64,000 bases of DNA from Atribacterota bacterium (GTDB lineage Bacteria > Atribacterota > Phoenicimicrobiia > Phoenicimicrobiales > Phoenicimicrobiaceae): positions 1,680 to 65,679 of the forward strand of contig JAUWHZ010000024.1 in assembly GCA_030605615.1 (NCBI GenBank), given 5' to 3'. Positions 51,205 through 59,300 of the stretch are shown piece by piece. Positions within the stretch are counted from its first letter, which is position 1. Every line of letters begins with the position of its first letter. The notes beneath the pieces were generated by a model that did no database searches, was not told the DNA's origin, and worked only from the letters and a program-made list of their open reading frames with translations. A program made the position numbers and the translations under genes.

Positions 51205-51216
51205 TATCTATTTATT

Positions 51217-51674
51217 TTGATAAGCAGATCATAAGCCGAGTTCTGTTCCCTTATTAAATTATAAGGGCGGTAATCATCTATCTGGGATGCAAGTTACCTT
51301 ACACCTCTTGCGACCTACCCGAAGATTCAGCGGGCCACCACAACTCTTCCTATTTGGTCTTGCTCCAAGTGGGGTTTACTAAGCTTGTTAGTCACCTAAC
51401 AACTGGTAGGCTCTTACCCTACCTTTTCACCTTTACCCGGCACTCAATCCTGATGTTAAGTAAACGAGGATAGTTTTTGTAATAGAAAACAGATTTAAAA
51501 AACTATTATTAAGGAAAATTTAATATCAGAATTGAGTGCCGGGCTGTGTATTTTCTGTAGCACTTTCCTTAAGGTTACCCTCACTGGGGGTTACCCAGCA
51601 CTTTGCCCTATGGAGCTCGGACTTTCCTCGAAAGAAATTATCTTTCTTCCGCGATTACCCGATCTACTTATCAA
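51217..51674 (-). ncRNA. rnpB: RNase P RNA (type A)
   Basis: GAGGAAAGTCCG, GGAAAGTGCTACAGAAA, GGAGCAAG and ACAGAACTCGGCTTA motifs; complementary P1 ends. Confidence 0.96.
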
Positions 51675-51742
51675 CTATTCTCTTTTTTCTATTTTAAAAT
51701 ACCATTTTATTCCAAATAAGTCAATTGACTGTTTGACTTAAA

Positions 51743-52456
51743 TTACCCTTTCCAAACCAAAATTCGGTTACAATTAGGGCAAGTTATTAGTTTTTGACTT
51801 TTTTTTAATTGATAAATAATATCACTGGGAAGATCAAGATAGCAACCTGGACATATAGAACTATTAACCTCAACAATGGCTTTTCCACCTTTTTCTTTTT
51901 TTAACAATTCATATTCTTTTAAAAGACGGCTATCTGTTAATTTATTTAATATATCTTCTCTTTTAATGCTTAAAGAATTCATACTTTCTTCTATTCTTGA
52001 TGCCATTAATTCCATTTCCTGTTGACACTTTAGTAAATACTTGTCTTTCTCTTTTAAATTTTCTTCAAGTTTATTAACCGACTTTTTAAGATCTTCTATT
52101 TCTTCCATTAAATCTAAAAGTTCATCCTCAATATTATCTTTCTCTTTTTCATAATTAGATATTACCCTTTGTAATTGTTTAAGCTCTTTGATATCGGCTA
52201 TTTTACCTCCGTATAAATCTTCCTGATGTTTTTTGATTTTGTTAGATTTATCAGATAAATCTAATTCCTTTCTTTTCAATTTAATCTGCAACTCTTTATA
52301 GTTTTCATGTTTATTTTTTATATTGTTCTTTAACTCTTGAATTTCCCGATTAATCCTGTCAACTTTCAAGGGTAAGTCTTTCTTTTTTTTCTCTTCTTCG
52401 TCTATATCATTATCCATTTTTTGTAACTCTAATAGAATATCAAATTGTTCTACCAA
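51743..52456 (-). CDS. Coiled-coil C4 zinc-ribbon protein (DUF164 type)
   Basis: Long coiled coil, CPGC...CPNCNRIL; upstream of rnpB. Confidence 0.88.
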   Translation of the reverse strand: MVEQFDILLELQKMDNDIDEEEKKKKDLPLKVDRINREIQELKNNIKNKHENYKELQIKLKRKELDLSDKSNKIKKHQEDLYGGKIADIKELKQLQRVISNYEKEKDNIEDELLDLMEEIEDLKKSVNKLEENLKEKDKYLLKCQQEMELMASRIEESMNSLSIKREDILNKLTDSRLLKEYELLKKEKGGKAIVEVNSSICPGCYLDLPSDIIYQLKKSQKLITCPNCNRILVWKG

Positions 52457-52500
52457 TACACTATTCCCCCTCTCCTTAGGGCAATAGAATGTTTTAAAAT

Positions 52501-52539
52501 AAAAAAGCCTTACTTCCTACATATTAAGAAGTAAGGCTT
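52501..52539 (-). terminator. Terminator downstream of the tRNA
   Basis: aagccttacttc...gaagtaaggctt stem plus T-tract. Confidence 0.8.
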
Positions 52540-52627
52540 CTGAAACACTCTAATATTTTACCAATTTTACATTTCTTCATAAAATCTTTTACTGCCCTTA
52601 TAACTAATAAAAATCTATTAGTTTTTT

Positions 52628-52703
52628 TGGTGGGCCCACCTGGGGTCGAACCAGGGACCGACCGGTTATGAGCCGGTTGCTCTGCCAGCTGAGCTATGGG
52701 CCC
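52628..52703 (-). tRNA. tRNA with CAT anticodon, most likely tRNA-Ile2 (lysidine)
   Basis: 76-nt cloverleaf GGGCCCATAGCTCAG...CCGGCTCATAACCGG...GTTCGA...CCA. The paired G1-C72 excludes an initiator; the anticodon arm resembles Ile2. Confidence 0.92.
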
Positions 52704-52729
52704 GCTTTCCAATAATTATCTTCGATAAA

Positions 52730-52757
52730 AGTATATCAGATATGTTTATAAAGTCAA
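52730..52757 (-). promoter_or_regulatory. Sigma70 promoter of the tRNA
   Basis: TTGACT-16-TATACT with TGn extension. Confidence 0.7.
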
Positions 52758-52833
52758 GAAAATTCGTATCTCGTTAAGAATTAGTTATTTGGCTAGTTAG
52801 TTACCTGGTTAAGAAAATAAAAGAGAGAAAAAA

Positions 52834-52856
52834 GTAGGGGCGTATTGCATACGCCC
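52834..52856 (+). repeat. GTAG REP
   Basis: gtaggggcgtattgcatacgccc. Confidence 0.75.
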
Positions 52857-52863
52857 TTGTAAC

Positions 52864-53904
52864 TTATTTTAGGTGCATACTTTTTAGCTGTCCACAGGCA
52901 GCAGAAATATCGCCACCCTTCGACCTCCTTATGGTGGTTGGAATTCCTTTAGTTACCAATTTATCCTTAAAAGCTTTGACTTGGGGAATGCCGGGTGCCT
53001 GCAGTAAAGAACCGGGAGCAGGGTTAAAAGTAATTAAATTTACCTTGGAATTAAACCCACTGATTAGTTTGGCCAATTTATCTGCATAATTTAGCGAATC
53101 ATTCACTCCTTTAATTAAAATATATTCGAAAGTTACTTGCCTATCTGTTTTTTCTGCATACTTCTTACAAACTTCTATCAAATCACATAAAGGATATTTA
53201 TTATTAACTGGCATCAGATAAGATCTTAATTTATTTTCCGAGGCATGGAGAGAAACTGATAATTCTATCTGCCAATTACACTCTTGCAATCTTTTTATAG
53301 CTGGTATTATCCCGCAGGTAGAAATGGTAATCTTTCTTGCTCCAATATTAAAAGCACTTTTAGAATTTAATATAGAGATAGCTTTTACAACATTATCATA
53401 ATTATCTAAAGGTTCCCCGATCCCCATAAATACAATATTGCGGGGATTAGATTTCATCTTTTTCTTTATAAATAAAACTTGATTTAAAATTTCACTAACT
53501 GAAAGGTTTCTTTTAAAACCTTTCTTGCCACTTTCGCAAAATACACAGTTATATTTACAGCCAATTTGCGAAGATATACATTCAGTCACTCTTTTATCGG
53601 AAAATATAAGAACACTTTCTATCAAATTCCCATCTTCTAATTTAAATAAATATTTCTCGGTTTTATCTTTCGATATAGCTAATTCTACTAACTCCATCTT
53701 ATTTATATAAAAAATCTTTTGAAGTAAATCTCTAAATGACGTGGGAAGATTTGACATCTCTCTGAAATCTTCTATCCCCTTTTTATAAAGCAAATCAAAT
53801 AATTGAGTTGCTCTGTATTTTTCTACTCCTAAATCTTTAACCTCTTCTTGAAATTCATTCAAGGTAAAATTTTTAATATCTTTCTTTTGCATAATATATA
53901 TCAA
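52864..53904 (-). CDS. rlmN: 23S rRNA m2A2503/tRNA methyltransferase RlmN
   Basis: CISSQIGCKYNCVFC, MGIGEP, SLHA and AACGQL motifs. Confidence 0.96.
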   Translation of the reverse strand: MIYIMQKKDIKNFTLNEFQEEVKDLGVEKYRATQLFDLLYKKGIEDFREMSNLPTSFRDLLQKIFYINKMELVELAISKDKTEKYLFKLEDGNLIESVLIFSDKRVTECISSQIGCKYNCVFCESGKKGFKRNLSVSEILNQVLFIKKKMKSNPRNIVFMGIGEPLDNYDNVVKAISILNSKSAFNIGARKITISTCGIIPAIKRLQECNWQIELSVSLHASENKLRSYLMPVNNKYPLCDLIEVCKKYAEKTDRQVTFEYILIKGVNDSLNYADKLAKLISGFNSKVNLITFNPAPGSLLQAPGIPQVKAFKDKLVTKGIPTTIRRSKGGDISAACGQLKSMHLK

Positions 53905-53915
53905 ATCTCTTTATT

Positions 53916-54965
53916 TTATTTTTTAATTTCTCTCTTTATATTTTCAGCAAATTCTTTTGCTTTTTTATCTATCCCTTGTACATTTTTTATAGAACCAGGA
54001 TCATTTGCAGTAGCCATTAAAGTAAAGTATGGTGGGAGCCTAAACCCTTTGTTAATATTTAAAGCTCCTAATAACTGTTCTGCCACACAATCACTCCCTG
54101 AGTTTCCGGAAACAATAATAGAAAACATAGTTTTATTCCAAAATTTCACTCTCTTATAAAGTACAGTCATTCTATTTATAACCGCCATAAGTTTTGCAGA
54201 TATTGCATCATTATAATTGGGACATACCCAGATTATACAATCAGCCTCTTCTATCGCCGGTAGAATCTCTTTTACCATGATTCCTCCATAAAAACAGCTT
54301 TTTTCTTCACTATAATGGATACAAGTTTTATAAGAACACCCCCCGCAGTCGACCACAGTTCCATTTTCTACGTGGAGTTCCTTTATATCTTCTCTACCAA
54401 AGTTTTCTTTTACCATTCTCCAGAGCATAAGAGTATTAGAAGTCTTAAACAAGCTCGAATGCAGCACAAGTATCTTGGGTCTATTAATTAATTTTAAATT
54501 CTCCTCTGTTAATTTTTTTACTAATTTTTTAGACTGTTTTTTATAAATCTCCACAAATGGCAGGTTAAAAGCTTTTCGCCAGGTAAGAAAATTACTAAAA
54601 TTATAAGTAGCTTCCACAACTGGGTGCCCAGAGAATCTGCATCCCATTTGATTAGCTAAAAAAACTATCCTTTGAGCCGTATTTTTAGTAAACAGTTCAT
54701 TGGGACTTTGTATTATAATTACCGCCCTTGAACCTGAAAGAGAATCATTCCCTCTTTTCCTTAATTTTAAAAACATTTCAAATAAAGGAATATTAAATCC
54801 ACATTTATCTAACTCTATTGCAAATATTATTTTTTTATTTTTAAGGTCGGGAAGGTCTTCAACGGTTTTGATAATTACTAATTGATAATTTTCTGTGGCT
54901 ATTTTGATGATATCAGCAAAACTATTTGATATTTTTCCAGGCATAATTAAATAAATAGTTTCCAT
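53916..54965 (-). CDS. Tandem flavodoxin-fold / iron-sulfur flavoprotein-like protein
   Basis: C-terminal domain HSS....SNT, CGGCSYKTC........C and ADCIIWVCPNY; N-terminal half looks like a degenerate flavodoxin fold. Confidence 0.78.
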   Translation of the reverse strand: METIYLIMPGKISNSFADIIKIATENYQLVIIKTVEDLPDLKNKKIIFAIELDKCGFNIPLFEMFLKLRKRGNDSLSGSRAVIIIQSPNELFTKNTAQRIVFLANQMGCRFSGHPVVEATYNFSNFLTWRKAFNLPFVEIYKKQSKKLVKKLTEENLKLINRPKILVLHSSLFKTSNTLMLWRMVKENFGREDIKELHVENGTVVDCGGCSYKTCIHYSEEKSCFYGGIMVKEILPAIEEADCIIWVCPNYNDAISAKLMAVINRMTVLYKRVKFWNKTMFSIIVSGNSGSDCVAEQLLGALNINKGFRLPPYFTLMATANDPGSIKNVQGIDKKAKEFAENIKREIKK

Positions 54966-54991
54966 AAATAATTTCCTCTATTTATAATTTT

Positions 54992-56242
54992 TTATAAAAT
55001 ATTGCCCAGCTCTTTATAACTTGCTCTAATTTTTTCTATTAAAACGGCAGGAAGATCTAATCTCTCGATTTCAACTCCTGATTTTTGTAGTCTATTTTTC
55101 GATCCCATAAATACCCCTCCCATAAAGGTTGCGCTATAATGCCACTTACCATTGATGGTGGCAATAAGTGGAATACTTGCTGAGGATAAGGCAGGAGCCA
55201 CATAAGGTTTAAAACCGGTCTTTCTTATGTCTAAATTCGCCTTTAAGGTATGATTGGTAAGTATCTCTGCTATCTTTTCATTGTATTTTTTTATACTATT
55301 GGCAATTATTAAGCCTTGGCCGTGTGGGCCAAATGCCCTACCCTCTTGATTATATTTAATATCTTCAGAAAGTTGTTTAGAATAATACACTGCCCGAGCA
55401 TGCATCACCCCTAATCCATATCCCCTTATCTGTTCTGAAGCTAATCCTTTAAAATCAAACTCTCCACTTTCATCCTTATTGCTAGCCAAGAAAACGGCTT
55501 TACACAATAAATCTACCGGGTCTGAAACCACTGCAAATATTCCCTTAAACGACTTTTCCCGGGCTATTCGGGCATAATCAGCGATAATTTTAGAATTTCC
55601 TTCAAACTGTCTCATTCTCACATCTTCTTGTTCTTCTCCTAGAGGAGGAACTCCTACAGTAGCACAAAAAACAAAAAGGTCACAGTTAAAAATTTCCTTT
55701 TTATCTAAGGCATATACTTCTGGGTACATCTGGATTGTAAAGGGAGCAAATATCTGATTTGCTTCCAATTCCCATCTCTTTGTAATATTGGAATTTTTAT
55801 CATATATTCCAATAGATTTAACATATCTTCCCCCCAATAATTTTAAACCAGTAAGGAGGATCCCTCCTACATCACCCAATCCCACAATGTTAATCTTCCA
55901 ACGGGAAGGAAATTTATAAGTTAATACATCTTGCCAATTAGGATATTCAGTATTAAGCGAACTTACTCTTTTTTCTTTTATTCTTTCTATAAGCCATATA
56001 GGTAAATTATAGTCACCTTTTTTAGGCTTTTGCAATAAATGAATTCCTTCTTCTTTTAAAAACATAAGAGAAGGATCGGTAATGCTAAAACTTCTCCTTG
56101 ATTTTAAAGGGTTTATCTGGTTCAGTATATAAATTATTTCTTTACTCTCTTTTGCTTTGCTTTCAGATATTCTACTTAATTCATTGTATTCCGATTGGGA
56201 AATTAGTACTTTATCCTTTAGTTTATAAAAAAACATTTTCAT
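54992..56242 (-). CDS. Divergent LDH/MDH-superfamily NAD-binding enzyme
   Basis: GLGDVG, VVSDPVD, HAR and GPHG motifs; about 115-aa N-terminal extension. Confidence 0.78.
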   Translation of the reverse strand: MKMFFYKLKDKVLISQSEYNELSRISESKAKESKEIIYILNQINPLKSRRSFSITDPSLMFLKEEGIHLLQKPKKGDYNLPIWLIERIKEKRVSSLNTEYPNWQDVLTYKFPSRWKINIVGLGDVGGILLTGLKLLGGRYVKSIGIYDKNSNITKRWELEANQIFAPFTIQMYPEVYALDKKEIFNCDLFVFCATVGVPPLGEEQEDVRMRQFEGNSKIIADYARIAREKSFKGIFAVVSDPVDLLCKAVFLASNKDESGEFDFKGLASEQIRGYGLGVMHARAVYYSKQLSEDIKYNQEGRAFGPHGQGLIIANSIKKYNEKIAEILTNHTLKANLDIRKTGFKPYVAPALSSASIPLIATINGKWHYSATFMGGVFMGSKNRLQKSGVEIERLDLPAVLIEKIRASYKELGNIL

Positions 56243-56247
56243 TTTTA

Positions 56248-56386
56248 CCCCTCACCCTAACCCTCTCCCTCCAGGGGAGAGGGAATGTGCCTTATATACG
56301 ATACCATCTTCTCCTACTCCTATCTCCTATTTTCTTAACTATATACTATACACTAAATACTATATACTATTTTATTCTGGCTTCTA
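56248..56386. repeat. BoxC-like copy 3 (56248-56283) plus heptamer array
   Basis: cccctcaccctaaccctctccctccaggggagaggg; actatat actatac actaaat actatat; ttctggc. Confidence 0.75.
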
Positions 56387-56389
56387 TCT

Positions 56390-59300
56390 TTACTGTTCCC
56401 TTTCTACCATTCCTTTGGTTCGTCTTAAAAGTTCAAGACTATTTCTTAAATAATGAGAAGGACTAAGATTTAGATTATAATCCATATCTTCCCCCTGGTC
56501 AGGATATCGGGGATAAATAATTACTTCTCCTAAATGATCAAGAGTCAATTTTCTTTGTTGAATTACTTGGTATTCATTTTCCAGAGCTTCTAATATAGTT
56601 AAAGCATTTTTAATACAAACTTCGGAGAAGTTATAAATAATTTTTCCAGAAATATTTTTAATAAATGAAGGAAAGGTATAAGGCAATATCAAGTTAATAG
56701 ACCTAACCAGATTCCCTTGAGACCTAATTTTTCTCCTTAATGCATCTCCCCCGATAAAAGGATACAATTCACTTTCGTTAAACCAAAGCCTGAGATTGGG
56801 AATAAAATAGGCACATTCAATATCTCTATTTAGCATAGTAGCAATTTCTTTTCCACTTCCAGACAATGCCCCTACAATTATTTTTTTGATTTCGATATCA
56901 TACTTTTTGAATAGAGGTTCTAAAGTCCTTATTCTATAGCCTTTGTGCAAATAGTCATCAATTAGGATTACAGGCATATCAAACGAACGAATCATTTTAA
57001 CTTGATTTTCCAGACTCATATAATTAGGAAAGGCATCGATCTCAAAACTTTTCATATCAGAAGCAAATATTTTTTCCGTATGGAGAGATTTAGTTACAGT
57101 ATTAGGTACTACCATCTTGTTTAGTATCTTTCCAAAGGGCACACACATTGACTCTCCTAAAGCTCGAAGGGTTAAAGGTTTTGTCGGAACATCATTTATC
57201 TTGCAGACTTTTTTGACAATAGTCTGATTGAGTAAATTTATATTAAATGGTAAAACAATATTCCCGGGATAAAAAGTAGTTAACGATTTTAGTAATTTCT
57301 TCCGAGATGTAATAACTGATTTTTTAATATTTAAATTTCGACTGAAAGGCTCCTTTATAATTGTCTCGGTATCCAGATTAACTATACAGGGTTTACTTAT
57401 ATCCACTACAAATACCGGATTATCTTTTTCGCTGAAGGATAAGCGATAAAATCCCATAAGTTCTAAGTTCTCGTTTAAAGAAGTTAAAGGATAATTGTTT
57501 AATGTATTCCTAAATATCGCATAATTGTAGTCTTTCTCTATACAAAAAGAAAGTGTTTCGGTAAGAATAACCTGTTCAAGGTTTTCAAGTTCTGATCTAT
57601 TCTCCATATCACTTATCGTAAAAACACCATCAATAACTATAATACGACCAACTGCATTTTCCCGGATATACTCAGATATTAAGTTGTCCTTAAACTCTTG
57701 GAAAAGAATGTTTGAACGAACCCAATGAAATGTTGAAAAACCTAATATCATCCCATTATGGCGAACATCACGTAATAGTAGAATTCTTGGATTTAATTTA
57801 TGAGTAAACTCGACCAACTTTTTAGAAACTTCATTTCGATTATATTTAGAAAATATTTTCTGGCAAAGTTCTTCTATTAAATCTGGGGTAATATTTTCAA
57901 TTATCTGTACATCAATAGAGATAGTTTGTATTACACTCTTATATTGTGGTTCTCTTTGGTATAAACTATTTTCGTAAATATATTTCTGAGCTAATGGATC
58001 AATAAGTTTAGATATGTCTCTATTTTCATCAATGTTACTTCTTATTTGACTCGAACTTATTTCTTCATAACGAGGGGTAAGGTTAAGTTTTATAGTCTCT
58101 CCCCTTATTTCTTCAATAGCTTCTTGAATCCTTTTTTCTTTCTCATCGATAGTATATGAATTCCTTCTATCAAAAACAATATGAGAAAAAGTATGTATGG
58201 AATTTTTTCTCTTATTTCTTTTGTAAGCAGAAGCATTTAATATAACATCACTGCCTACTACAATATAAACCTCAGAAAATGGGAAATTCTCTCTCAAAGT
58301 CTCTAAATCGGTTAGATTGGCAAGATTAACGGCTAAATCTTCAGGATATAAATATACATTAAGTTCATCAGCAATAGAAATATTTATTATATTCTTTCTG
58401 AAGAGGTGTGGCTGGGTCCTTTTAGACCAAGAAAATTCATCAACTGCTAAGTATATTTCAAATCCAAGTGTTTCTATTGCTTTTATAATCTCTTTATGGC
58501 TTAAGGAAAATGGGTCAAAAGCACCTGGAAAGAAAGCTATTTTGTCTGGGGTTTCAAGGTTTATACTCCCCTTGAAGAAACTATAATCAGAGATAAATTT
58601 ATACATATAATTTAGTCCGGTACAATTTATTAAAAACATCAAACCTTCTTTATTTACAGGAGCTAACAGAGTAAGAATTTTTTTGGCAATAAGTTGAAAT
58701 ATGTGGTTTTTTTCTTCCAAACTAAGATGTCTTGAGCCAAATATTTCCCTACCAATAACTCTAAATGCTGCCTGTTTAACCTTTAAATTATAGTGTACAA
58801 AACCATTCAAAAGAATACCTATCATCTTGCTAAGTCTGTTTTCGTATGATTTCTCTTTTTCCGAAAATCTTTCTCGGTACTTAGGATAATTAGCGATGGC
58901 TATACCAACTGTCCTAAGCAGCAATGAGCTTAATTTGGGGTCGGATTGTTTGATTTTTTCTATTAAATCATCAATAAGTTCCTCTAACTCATTGGGTGTA
59001 AGATAGAGTATTAATTGACCTAAATAGTAAGGAATATACTTAGTAAATTGATAATCTTCCATTTCTAAAGCCCGCAACAATTCAATAGCTATATCATTCC
59101 TCTGTTGAAAAGATAAGCAAGACATTAAATTTACCAGGGTCTGTCCTGCTAAATTTCTAATATCCTCTATGCCGCTAACTTTCAAAATATTACAAAAATG
59201 TAAAGCGGTATAGATTTCTTCCTGTTTGCTCTTTAAGGTGTGTTCTAATAAAAGTTCTATCTGAATTTTTTTAATTATTCCACTAGTTGAAGTTTTAAGA

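Noticed and set aside
51532..51741. 69-aa plus-strand ORF
   Set aside because: Antisense to rnpB.
52540..52703. tRNA as a prophage or island attachment site
   Set aside because: No integrase and no duplicated tRNA 3' end seen; the flanks are housekeeping genes.
52524..52712. 62-aa ORF
   Set aside because: It is a translation of the tRNA gene and its terminator.
56098..56466. 122-aa plus-strand ORF
   Set aside because: Antisense to two genes and crosses the repeat spacer.
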